A program made the position numbers and the translations under genes. A model generated the notes under the pieces. The model searched no databases, was not told the origin of the DNA, and saw only the letters and a list, made by a program, of their open reading frames with translations. Of a DNA stretch of 64,000 nucleotides, positions 38,187-51,086 are shown one piece after another. How positions within the stretch are numbered: the stretch's first letter is position 1; every line of letters starts with the position of its first letter. Source of the stretch: Nymphaea colorata (lineage: Eukaryota); NCBI RefSeq assembly GCF_008831285.2, contig NC_045138.2, forward strand, positions 25,482,001 to 25,546,000, in the 5' to 3' direction.

Positions 38187-38552
38187 CTTGAAGGCTAGCC
38201 TTGAGAAATGCAACCTGTGTATTGTATGCAACTCTTAAGGCTGAAACTCTCTGAGGATGCTGGAAGATGGTGCGATGCATCGGCTTTTATAGTGTTGCAG
38301 ACAAAGATTTAGCACACTTATCTTACGTTATAATATTAGGACAAGGAATAAGTCATCAATCCTTGCCTTGCTGATTGAGACACAATATTCAACTTCTTTG
38401 AATTTTGGACACGCAATTAAATCATCTTCGCTTATGACCAACACCACTCAGAGATGGTGCTTGCACCAATTCAAACTTCATTATTTTCCTAATTCTTTTA
38501 AATATTAAACAGTCGCAGATATCACCAAGTCCACTCTGCCGCATTGTTTTGT

Positions 38553-38583
<31 letters not shown>

Positions 38584-41037
38584 AGAGAGAGAGAGGGGAG
38601 AAAGTTTAATGTTTTATTAGTTTAACTAAAGCTTACGTACGTGACTTGGTAGCTTCACCCATGGGCCAAGTGGATCAATGGGATTCGTAGACTGGATCTG
38701 CTCTTAATGCATGAGGACTCTGGTGATCCAGCAGTTTCCGGTAACGCGTTATCAGGGTGGTTTCTTCGAGTCCTTTTCTTTCTTCTTTCTATCTGAACCT
38801 TTGAAGGTTGGAGACCATCTATAGGTCCATCTATCAACTGCAAAAATCTTTTAGAGATTTTAGTGCTGCAAACTGGGCCAAGTGCAGGGGCTCTTAGGTA
38901 CTCAGCAAGGTATTAGATGGGGCCCGGAGATGGCTGGAAAAATCCTGAACACCCTTTGACTCCAGACCAGTCAAACGGTTGTTTACTTGGGCTCTTCACA
39001 GGCCACAGACGAAGCCTTACTGGCTTCTGCAACCAGGTCAGGAACAGTTACCAATTGGGCTGCCCAAGTAAGGGCGCACTCTTAATGCTGGCCTGAACCT
39101 CACCAAAACCTTGCTGAGTACCTAAGAGTCTGAAGGGTGGCCCCAACTTTCCATAATCAAGAATTTTTTCCCAAGTCTGTTGCAATTCAGTGGATGGCTG
39201 TGACACTGTGGATTTCTTCTTCCTCACGTTTATCAAACAAGAAAAAAAGCCAGGTCTAACTGCTCCATGGAAGGAGGAAGTAAGCAGCGGCGACGAAATC
39301 AAACACGTTCAAGAAAAAAGTTCACCGAACCCCGACTTCGATAGAATTTTAATTTCCATGATATGCAGTACTGGACTTAAGCGCGCTCAACTGGGTCCAG
39401 ATAAATGGTGGTAATAAAATTTCTAACTCAAATATTTTGAAAAAAAAAAAAAACGATGAAGATTTTCCTGAAATAGCAGAAGAGTGGTAGTTGGTGTACC
39501 AGCTAATTCGTCAGCCATCACTAAGCTTGACATCAGCTTTTACAAGGAAAAATAGACACCCTTGTCCATATCTGCTTTGACTTGGCGAGGTGTTCTAAAG
39601 ATGGTATAAGAGTATTATGTTCTTGGAGGAGTCTGAATGTTTCCTTGTGGTTTATCCGTTCAAATGTCTCTGTCTTCCAGGTGGATACGGGTGATGGAAG
39701 AAATTAAAGACCTAGTCCAACAAGTTCCAGAAATTTTGCATTGGAGAACTTCTTCAATTGGTCAATAAGTTTGGTTTATAATTATCGACTACCTAACCTA
39801 TAGACAAGAGTTTTAGATATTATATTTAGTATTAATTGCATACTCACCAATAGAAGACTTTCAGCAATGTTGAGAGTTTTGGTTTTCATCTGGGGATCTT
39901 TGAAAGAGACGCATATCGTGGTTACGCAGCGGCTCGTTTTTGGGTGATTTATATTTTTCTATTTAAAATTAATTATAATATTCAAAAAATTTGAAAAAAA
40001 AATTATTTTTTCAAGCCCATGTATTGGCTACCGTCGTTTCATTTTGCGAATGCCGGAATATCGGTAGGGTACAGCTAATACGCAGCCAATATTTCCGGAT
40101 TAAGGAGATTGGCGATAAATAGGCGGCTTTAACACCTTGCAAAGAAAAGCCAGTGTTACCTGGATCGGCCAAAATCAGCCGATTTTAATAGAGTCCGTGA
40201 GTTCCGTGGCCGATTCAAGGGTGTCACTTATAGTTAACATTTTAATTATTTTTTAATATATTTTAACTTTTGATTGTAATTGTCTCAATATTTTAACCGT
40301 TCGTTCTTTAAATAAATTTTTAAATATTTTTGGCTGGTTGACAACCGATTCAATTCCTGAACCGATTTAAAGAAAACTGGAGAAAACTTGATAAAGAAAT
40401 TATTTGTTGGTCCGCTAACTAAAAAAAAAAAGAAAGAAAAACCCAATCATCAGAGTTGGTGGCTCGGGCTCACACGAAGTTTTCCTCTTGAAGGGGTCCC
40501 TATGATTTAAAAAACAAAAAAATTTGATGGATTTCATCCATTACGTGATATTGCAGGACTTACACTTTGCAATTGGTTTTCTAAGTCATGGGCATCATGC
40601 GACATAGATTTAGTCATAGTGCATGCACAATTATGTATGCCCTTGATTCCTCAAGAAAATAAAATACTTCTTCAGCAAGATGGGTGGGAGAAGGAAGGTA
40701 AAAGTGGAGATTCTAAAGAAGAATGATCTCACCATGACTTCAGTATGCATACATCCTCCTGCATTCACTCCCATTACAATTGGACATCATGTCCAAGTGT
40801 TAGCAGAAAACTAATACATTATATAGTTACAAATCAATTGCGTCGAAGAAAAAACGACTAGAAGAAGAAAAAAAAGCCTAACAAGACAACGAATGTACGA
40901 TGAAGCTACGTGAATGTGTCTACGGAGTAACTAAGAGGAAGAATCTGTACTGATACTCGCAGAATTCATACAAACACATGAAAAATGTTGCGGTGTTACA
41001 AAACTTGCAACCAAAGAAAGAGTTAGAAGAGAAGCAC

Positions 41038-44000
41038 CTATAGTTGGCCGATTTTCTTGGATAGCCATCCAACCCTCATATTTGGTTGCAGATTCAAAAA
41101 AATGGCTGCCTTGTTGCTGTCTTCAAATAAATCCAAAGACTTCATAAAAAAGTCATCATTAATCTCCCCTTTCCCATGCATTTCCTTCAAGATCTGCCCA
41201 CATTTATTGATGAGGTTCAAGGACGACGCATCTATAAAAGATTTGACACATTGGCAAAGGTTCCCTAACATCTCCGATATCTGCATGTGACCAGTAGGTG
41301 GGAGATCGCTGGACTCCTTCGCTTCGGGTTTAGTGCCAAAAGATGGCTCATTTGGGGGTAGGCTTTGGACTGGGTTTTCATCTTGTGCTAAGGATGTATA
41401 TGAAGTCATTTCGTCAACAGACTGTGGAGGAGGAGGCAGAGTCTCACACTGACCACTGTTGTTTGCTTCATGTGACTCCATGACTACTGTGGTGGGCTCC
41501 TCAAATATCTCTAAAAATTCTTCAAAGTACTTCCACTTATCAGCATCTCTGTACTGTCGCCTTGAAGGGTATCTCTGCCAAGGATACAGACCACCCACTA
41601 GCATAAGAAACAGTAACCAAAATACACAACAGTACTCGGTTCACCGCTTGTTCCGATAAGAAATGTTTGAACTTACCTGAATATAGTCACTCCACACAGC
41701 ATCATCAACCTGAATCTGCTTCCTTTCTTTGTTCCACGAGAAGCCATTAGTATTTAAAATCTCTTTGCAGATGTGCATGTTAGGTCTGGCACGCTTCAAC
41801 TTATTTTTAATCTTTTCTAAGTTATACTCTGGCCCAAATCTCTCAATCATCTTTCTTTCTACTTCCCGCATAGCCTTGCCTCTTAATTTCCCTCCCAGCT
41901 TCATGCCTGGTGTACGTGCTTGTTCTAGCATACATGTAATTAGATACTCAACCTGATAATCACTCCATTTGAGGGTACCATTCCTATCTGATTGTCCCTC
42001 ATCTTGTGTATCTAAATTAAACAATCAACAAACAACAATTAATTATGAGCACCAATACACAGATAAGTAAACATATGAGAAAATTTGATAAAGAAACAGA
42101 TAGGAGACCCGTCAACATCCTACAATATGTCACTGAAATTCACAAAAGGCACTAGCACGTTCCAAGTTGAGATTGCATTTGTACTAAAACACCAGGATTT
42201 TACGTTCCACACGTTATTAAAACCCCAAGCATAATAATGTAAGAAAAACCACAACTATTCTCACATGTAAGCATCATGCACCAGAACCCTACTTGTAGAA
42301 CAGAACACAAGCATTAACATGAAAACCTAGTTGCACTAACATGTCGAGATTGCAATTAAAACCTAAGCATGTCACCGGAAATCTCATATCCCAGCGATAA
42401 ATAATCTAAAATTACATATGCAAGTCTAAAATCATAATCACTAGCAAGGAATTTGGGCAACAACAATAGACAACCTACACACATATGCTGCTCAATCTAG
42501 CACCAGGACAAGTGGACTCACATTGATCATCATTTTCTGCTTCACACAGTGTCCCAATTGCCATTGCATCCCTACCCTCGCTTACTGTACTTGATTCATC
42601 ATATATCTCTGACAATTGTTCATAGTATTTCCATTTATCAGGATTTCTGTATGGACGCCTTGATGGATATGCCTGCATAGCCAAAGATAGAAGGTAGAAG
42701 GAAGAATCCAGGCCAGCCAGTATGAATTTAAAACACAAATCAGCATATATATATATATATTCTGTGATACTATATCACCACTATTTTGATAAAGGAGACA
42801 TCTAAATAAATTTACCTTAATGTACTCTCTCCATACTGCATCATCTACTTCAATACATTTTTTCTCACTGTTCCAGGAGAACCCCGCAGTGTTTAACAAC
42901 TCTTTGCAAACGCGCAAATTTGGCCTTGCACGTTTCAACTTGTTTTTAATCTTGTCTAAATTATATTCTGGACCAAATCTCTCCATCATCTTCACAGCTA
43001 CAGCCATCATAGCATTTAGTTTCAATCCTCCGCCTGCCTTCATTCCAGGTATGCGTGCTTGCTCTAACATACACTCAATTAGATAATCAACCTGATGACT
43101 ACTCCATGTAAGGCTACTGTCTCTCTCACATTGTCCTTCATCTTGTTCCATAGCTAATTTCCAAAGTTTCAAACAACCGAAGCACAATAAGTATGGCAAC
43201 TAAACATAAAATGTAAATGACATAGGGATAGGACACCTATAAGTACTTGAGAATCACCTACTGGGGAAAATGTGACCACTTAGTTAAATAAACAAAATGT
43301 TTTGTTCCTAAACATTCCAATTGGTTGGAAGAGCCATAAATATAGCAAAACTCCTTCATTACTCTGAAAACCATCAATTCATGTAAAGACAAATGAAATA
43401 ATTCCAAGTAACCAGTAAAATGCAAGCATTTTGCATATCATTAACACGAGGTCTGATTGCATTAAACCCCCATAATTCCTAAAATTTCTCAAAGCATCCA
43501 AAATCCCTTCTCAGGTTTAAAACCAAAGCAGTGGAAAAACTTACCCTAATTTGCTATTGAAAGTTGAAACCCCATCCTTAACCAATAGTCACAAGTAAAA
43601 ACTCTTTGGACATTATCAACATTTTGAAGCCAACCAATAATATCGACACAATATTACAATATCTCCAAAAAATTGCAGAAAATAGTTACCACAATATTAA
43701 CATGATATTTTCCTTTTGAAAAAATCCTCCTTGTATGCACATTTCTTATTTTGTGTTTCTTTTATAATGTAAAAATTTGTGCAAATGTTGGCCAATGTTT
43801 CATGAGAAAAGTAGCAGGCTAGCAGCAAAACATAATCTCATAATTTGCTATCGGCATCTAAAAAAATCCTAGAAATTGCCAAGAATGAGACCTGTAAGCA
43901 TTAGAAGGAAAACCCGTGCATTTCCATGTTTTGGAAGACCTCAGTTATTCCAACATGTGATTGAATCAAGGGAAACAAATTTAAAAATGTGAGGGGATGT

Positions 44001-44631
44001 CTCACATTGATCATCATTGTTTGAGTCACATGGTGTCTCATGTGCTACTATGGCTCCATGCTCTCCATGCTCATCCGCTGCAGTGGCATCTTCAAATATT
44101 TCTGAAAATTCTTTGTAGTACTTCCACTTATCAGCATTTCTGTATGGTCGTCTTGAAGGATATTTCTAGAAAAAAAAAAAGAAAAAGAAAAAAAGATAGT
44201 CCGGCCGTATGTGTAAAACAACATCACCGAATAGACAACACTCTAAAGCTTTATATTACACTACTCAGCTCATGTCAAAAGAGAAGTTCGAAATTTACCT
44301 GAACGTAACTTTTCCAAATAGCATCATCCACCTCAATCTGCTTCTTTCTATCATTCCAAGCAAATCCATCAGTCTTCAACATCTCTCTGCAGATGTGCAT
44401 GTTTGGTTTGGCTCGCTTCAGCTTATTTTTAATCTTTTCTAAATTATAATCCTGCCCGAACCTCTTAATCATCTTCTTTTCTACTGCCCTCATTGCCTTT
44501 CCTTTCAATGCCCCTCCTGACTTCATCCCTGGAATACGTGCTTGTTCTAACATACATGCAATTAAATAATCAAGTTGTTGGTCGCTCCATTTTAGACTGC
44601 TCCGCTCCATTTGCCCTTCAGCTTGTTCCAT
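41038..44631 (-). CDS. Protein with three tandem Myb/SANT-like DNA-binding domains (LIMYB/At2g29880-like, Harbinger-related), model join(44299..44631,44006..44165,42816..43153,42522..42672,41677..42011,41038..41574), ~617 aa
   Basis: Three homologous exon pairs: W-S-x-x-Q-x-x-Y-L-I-x-C-M-L-E...KIKNKLKR...GFxWN...VDDAxW-x-x-Y followed by YPSRR-x-YR-x-x-DKWKY. All junctions are GT-AG and phase-compatible (1854 nt in total). The C-terminal helix domain ends ...KAAIFLNL-x-x-x-MRVGWL. Confidence 0.75.
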
Positions 44632-45581
44632 GACTAAATTTAAACAGCCAAAGAAGCAGAAGGATGAACAAGGGTAAAGTACGTAAAATGGATGGGCAAA
44701 TATCCTATACTTAATTACGGCAAATCTTTTTGTTATAAAACCTTCAATTAATGAAGCCCCAAAAGATGTCACTAAAAGCACCAGTATTTGTAGTACACCA
44801 CCAAATATGAAGTAATTTACATTCAAATTCCAAGCATTTAAAAATTCGTTTTCCTGTTTAAGACCCCACGTACTAGTAATATGAAATTCCATTGAAATAG
44901 CATGTGACCAAAGTCTTAAGCATAAAATCGCCGAGCACCCAAGGTGCAAGCACTAAATCTTAGAATTCCATTTTCAGGGAAAGAAAAAGATCAAAGTAAA
45001 AGAAGAACCTAATGCAAGCATCAACACAAAGATAGCACAAGCTTAAACAGCCTGACATGCCGCTGGGCATTAAAACAAGCATCAGGCGAAGAGGGCGAAG
45101 AGCATTCAATTTCTGAATGCCTAAATAAACATCCAAAAGCTGTTAAGGAAACATGAGAAAAAGGGAGGAAAAACCATCAAGAGAACATAGAAAGCAGACC
45201 GTTTTCAGCAGAGAACATAGCATATGAGCAAAGGAACAGCCTTTGAAGTCCATCAAAAACACTCCTTCAGCATGACCGCGCAGTTCATAAAGACAACATT
45301 CCGGACAAGCTCGTGAAAATCAATTAATAACCAAGCATAACTACGCAAGTCGGGAAAATCCATTTTTGATAACCAAGCAAAAATGAGCCCACATACACGA
45401 AGCATAGCATACCCAAAAAAGAAAATTTGTGCTAAAGAAGTAGCAAAATCGAAAGAATTACAAACAAAACCGCGCAAGCAACCAAAGGAAGGGAAAAAAC
45501 ACAGCAAAACCCCTAAAGCTAAACATAACACAACCGGATAAAGGAGAAGAGCGAAGAACGGGAATGGCGAAGGGAGAAGGC

Positions 45582-46060
45582 ACTCACCTGCATAAACAAG
45601 CCAACTCCTAAGAACGTATCGTCATCCCACTTGAAACAACTTAAGCTGCAGCTCCGCTGATCAAAACCAAGCAAGGACGAAAAGGCCCTAAGAATCAAAC
45701 GAAGGCAACGGATTAATATACATGGTTTAAGCAAACAATTAGACAACCAATGCATACTATTAGTACAGAGTGTAATTCGGCGAAAATTTAACCCTAAAAG
45801 ACACAGAACCTTTCCGTTCCGTAGACTCGGAGACTGGTCGAACAGGCCATTCTCCGGCCGGAGCGCAAGAAGAGACTTACCGGGAAACACCCTTTACCGG
45901 CCTCTGAGCGTGTGTGAGGGAGAGAAGGAGAAAGGGAGAGAGGAAGAGGGAGCGGGAGCGGGAGCGGGAGCGGGAGCGGGAGAGGGATTCGGAGACTGGG
46001 GAACGAACCCACAGGAGAGCGTCTCTGTGTGCGGAATCTAGAGAGGGAGATGATCAACAA
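45582..46060 (-). other. Probable 5'UTR exon(s) of the Myb/SANT-like gene with a CT-rich leader
   Basis: Strong donors GTGAGT (45582-45587) and GTAAGT (45875-45880) on the minus strand. GA/CT-rich tract and (GGGAGC)5 at 45948-45977. Confidence 0.5.
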
Positions 46061-47729
46061 CAAAAACTGTTGTGCCTTTTACGCGAACGTCACCATGACT
46101 CGTTGAGGCAATGACACGATCTTGCTTCTTAAATCTTTAAACAAAATATGTTGCGCTTGAACTAGTTTAGAATTAGGTGCTGAAATCTTTCGTTTTTTCT
46201 TCCATTTATTTTGTTTGATCAATTGCATGGGGCGCACATAAATAACGTCACACCATTCGACATTGTCGGATGTAATGCATGAGACAATGTGCTGCTGTGA
46301 AAGGTCGAAAGATTTTCTTCAAAAACATCTACAAAACTGTTTAATAAAACTTAATAGTTGGAACAAAATAAACAAGTAGAAATAAAATCGGCTTGCAAGG
46401 CGCCAAAGCTATGAACAGAACGATTTAAATTCGTCTTCTATTTAATTTTGTATTGAAATTTTTATCATCTTACCTATTTAGTAAGAGGCTAGATCTTTGA
46501 TAATTTCTCTCAAGTTGAGTAGTGATTTGATATTTATGCAAACAGTAAGCATTTTTTGTAATTTTCAAAATTAGTAACACACTTTATCAAAAAGCCATTT
46601 GGATAGTATGGCATAGAAGTTTGGTTTTGAATTTAACAAAACACATAATTGAAAAGCCATTTTGATAGTATACAAGTAAACTTTTTGGCAATTTTAAGAA
46701 CAATTTTCGCCTGCTTCTTTTACAAGTGGTTTAGGCTCGAGGTGAAGACTTGTGTTAGTCGCCAATTTTGTGGAAAAAAAAATTAAAGACGAGTGGACAA
46801 TTTCTCTCATATGAATTCTGCAGTAAGATAAAAAATCTCCTCCATCAAGCACGTCCATATTTTACTTCTCAATTTTTAAGATTTCTTGCCTTACCTTTAC
46901 ACTTGACAAAGTTTTAAATAATAAATAACTGAACCACACGGTTGACACTTGATCTAAGATCTTTAACTTGCACGCCCGCACACTCTTAATCACCACCCAC
47001 ACTCGATAAAATTCAAGCAGTCACTGCCTCTCTAGACAAGCACCACTATGCTAATCTTTTGAGCTTTATAAAATATATCATACAATAATTTACAAAGTGT
47101 CTTTTCATCCGTTTGACTTATATTATCGCTGCATAGCTCTTAGAATATTATAATTCATCTTAAGTGATGTAGATGAGCAGGAAGAGTATTATCATTGTAC
47201 CGTTTAATAAGAAGGCCAAAGTCTCTACCTTTTTTCAAGAACATCTGACCTACTTTCAGTACCTTGGAGTGATGTCCCCACTGTTCTTGAAGTTGCATGT
47301 CGATGTCCCCTCTCTTTAGACTATCCTTCAAATTCGTCATTTCTTAAGAATGGAGTGATTATATAATCGCCAACTTTGTAGCTAAAGCAACATGAAGTCT
47401 CATAAATCCACTTTGGCATGGCCATGCAAGATCACCAATATGTGCATTAATGATGCATTTCCCCAGTGAGTTCTTTCACTGGCATTAAAAAAGGTTGATT
47501 TAATTAAGCCAACTGGTAGAGAAGATGTCAAATTTATTTAATAACATAGAGAGGGAGATGGAGAGGGAGGCGTTTGATTTATTTAGCAGTTGCCAAGGAA
47601 CCATACGTGTCACATGCATACATAAAGAAGATGATAGAAATATGATCCATTATTATATTATATTATATGAGGGTGTTTGACTTATTTAGTAGTTGCCAAA
47701 GAGGCATACATGTCACACTTTCTGGTCAT

Positions 47730-48661
47730 CTAATTGAATGGAGCCTGCAACTTTTCGATGACTTTCTTATCGACTTGGAAAGCCCTGGCAAGGAGGTCTG
47801 CCGAGATGGGTGGGTTGGACCCAAACACCGATTTAGCAATAGTGATCACACCTGGGTTCTGGCTGCTCAGTGCAGCCAGTGCCACCGCGTTCTTGTCTCC
47901 TATGTTCAGCTGAAAGTGGATCAAACCCTCTGGAAACACAAACACATCTCCCTTGTACAATGTCTTCGCGAACAGTCGGTTGTTGTCCTGATTACTAGTC
48001 ACAAACCCAACGTATAGAGTGCCTTCCAACACGACCAAGATCTCGGTTGCGCGAGGGTGCGTGTGAGGTGGGTTCTGGCCCCATGGAGCGTAGTCAATGC
48101 GAACCGCAGAAATGCCCAGAGTGTTGAGTCCCGGGATTTGTTCAACATTGACCTGGGTCACATTGGAGCCAACCGCATTCTTAGTGTTGCCAGGCTTGTC
48201 CAGCCCATGGAAGAAGAAATCTCCAGGCATGGCGTCCTTAGGGTTCTTGCACACTTTGCCATTCACAACAACTGCACGCATTTGACAATGAAATTAATCA
48301 GGAATCAAAGTTTAAGAATCAGTATAAGCATGTCGAGTAACAAAATAATATGGCAGTGATCATCTATAAAGTTAAGATATGTACACTTACAAGTCTGGTT
48401 TTAGACAATAATACATGGTCATTATGGTACTGAACGTTCATGACCTATATGAATGTGAAACATTAAAATGTGCTGTATGTATGTGCATCTATGTGTGTGC
48501 ATGTCTTCTCAAGTACGTGTGTGTGCATATGCATGCACCAAGAGTGAAAAAGTACTTGGGCTCTGGTTGTCAGCAACACAAAAGTCTTGTAACTGGCTTG
48601 GATCAGATGCGCTGCAGAAGGAAACTGCAAGAGTGAGGAGGATGAGGAAGGTGAGTTTCAT
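47730..48661 (-). CDS. Divergent germin-like protein GLP9, join(48556..48661,47730..48271), 215 aa
   Basis: Exon 1 [48 protein letters not shown] and GLIHFQ present. Lacks the WMDNNN tail. Confidence 0.95.
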
Positions 48662-51015
48662 TCTGGAAAACTTGAGAAGTAAACGAATCTTTTACAGAAC
48701 ACAGGCTGAGAAGTCTTATGCTCTTACAAGGGTAGTGTTCCTGCGAGGTGGCAAGCATTCGGTATTTATAGAGCTCAAACTAGAGAAGGCCTTAGCTAAT
48801 GAACATCAGCCGAACCCTGACTTGCTGATGGATGCACACTAACCTCGACGACTTTTCCATCATATCTAATAATTTGCAGAACTGACTAACAACTGTACTT
48901 TGATGTTGTCACCGCACCTGCTCAAGAACTACTAAAGGTAGTTTTATGAATTGTCTGCAATTAGCGAGCTGTCTGACAGTGCCTTCTTCCAAAGTCGTTG
49001 CTTCCTCTACTGGTGCTCTACAGTCTCATGGGCAGCAGCTTCCTACTGTTAAGTACAGCTAAATGAGGTCTAAATGCAACTTTTTTCAGATATATTTATT
49101 TGACAAAGACAGGTAGAGAATGCCTCTAAAATAACATTGTAATGTGCTTAAATGGTTTCAAATACATAGCAATGTTGACTACTGTAGGACATTTAAAGTA
49201 ATGTGCTGTTAGTTGATGAGACTATATGCGAAAGCTGCAAATTAATTCCAAACTATGAACCATTCAGGAACCCAAACAGCGACGTGACAGTGGTGTTTCC
49301 CCCAAACATCTAGCGGCTCGGTTCCAGTACATAGTTGGTGGTGGGCCGATGGCGGCTTTTAACTATTGGTGTAAAACATGACGTGGAGAATCCATGAGAC
49401 TAGTAATGAAGTACTTGTGAATGATGGTAGCTAGTGGGTAAGAGGTAATGAATCGGTTCTCTCAACCACAATGGGATGGGACTTCTCCTGAACCGTGAGG
49501 TTCAAACTAATTTGAGTGTTTGGTTGCCGAAGTTGAGATCTAATGGGTATTTTCATTTTTTTCCCCTCTGGTGGAAACGCAGTCTGCTGCATTTGAGTTC
49601 ACTGTAAACACACGACATAGATCATATAGTTTTGAAAGAAAGGTACATAATGATTGTGCATAGTACATAGTCATATATATAGTGATTATAAGAAACAGTA
49701 ATTGATTAGACACCACAAATATACATTCACTATAAAAGATCATGTCTGTCATAGACAATCGCAAAAGTGGGTGGCGGTCGCATTAATTTGATTAATTGTA
49801 GTCGGGGGTTGATTAATCTGACTTGCAATTTAAAGGCTGATACGTCAGAATCCATCTGAACAATGCTACAGTCACTGAAGACGCATGACTTGCCCTTTGG
49901 CTTTCTCAATCAAACTTAAGTGGATTAGGTTCATTAAAGAAGCCACTTCTTACTCATTGATCGGGAAGTAAAGGGCCGGGTTAAATTCCAGTTTACTTGT
50001 GAGGTAAATGTCACCGACTCACTTGTGACGAAGTTGGGTAGCAGGATACAAAAAGCCGCATCGAGTCCAATTTAAATACGATTGCCTATTCTTTAATTAA
50101 GATGAGCTTAATGTGTCACCAATGGACCCTCCAGTAGTAGTTTTAGTCATTGATTTCAATGCATTCATTAGGTGGCCTGAGAATATGCTTTTTCTTGACA
50201 ACATGGATGCCATATTTGAGCTCGCTTATCCTTTCAATATCTCACTTTGTTCAGGTAGATAACAGAGACATCATGGTTCACTGTACAGTAGACCTGCAGA
50301 AGAACCGTAATCCGAAAGGTCTTGAGTTCTGGAAGCTATACGTAGGAGTAAAGGGCCGGGTTAAATTCCATCGGCACCCTTAGTAAGGAATACCGTCTGA
50401 TATGGGCAAAATTCACTAAATTGCATTGAGTTGCAAGGAGATGCAAAAATGTAGAAAATATGAACCTGAGATTGAAATTTGATAATTTGACATACATTAG
50501 ATCACTAGGCGGATTCCGCATAACGAACTACAACCAAAACTGAACCTGAGGCAGTAGATGTAAGATTTTCGATCCTAAGCTAGTTGAACTTGTTCCATTT
50601 AGATTCGCCCTTTCAATTCTATTTGGAATATGGTGAAATTCCGTTTCAATTCAATTCTGTGAAGGCCACCTTATTTTGCCGGTCGAGGGCATCAACCAAT
50701 GATGAATGCCCGTATTTGTATTCTAGTTGTGAAACCCTTTCATTTGCGATCTTAATTTGTTCATTGATGGTCATGTTCTCACACGGCAGAAAGCAGAAAG
50801 ATGCAGAATAAAGAGATTGGTTTAGGTCAGGCATGTACAACATTATTTTGGGGAAGGCGTAGGACTTAGATCGATCCTAATCCAACCTTCGTAGGACCAT
50901 GTCCGAACCTGTATATGTGGCCAAAGAAGGGAACCATGTATATTCAATTAAATCAAGTGCACACTTCAACTATTAAAATTCCTCTGGCATGAAACCGAAT
51001 TATGAAATAAATGGG

Positions 51016-51041
51016 TCTCTCTCTCTCTCTCTCTCTCTCTC
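51016..51041. repeat. (CT)n microsatellite
   Basis: Directly visible, in the 3'UTR region of the minus-strand host gene. Confidence 0.9.
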
Positions 51042-51086
51042 TTTTGTGGAGACTGAAAGCACAGACAAAGTAACCATCCACAAAGA

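Noticed and set aside
47155..47340. Possible transposase-like remnant (LKVGQMF), weakly similar to ~4340-4430
   Set aside because: Too short and degenerate to support a call.
50646..50843. Minus-strand ORF with a helical-looking peptide (NEQIKIANERVSQLEYKY)
   Set aside because: Short, with no convincing splice partners or recognisable family.
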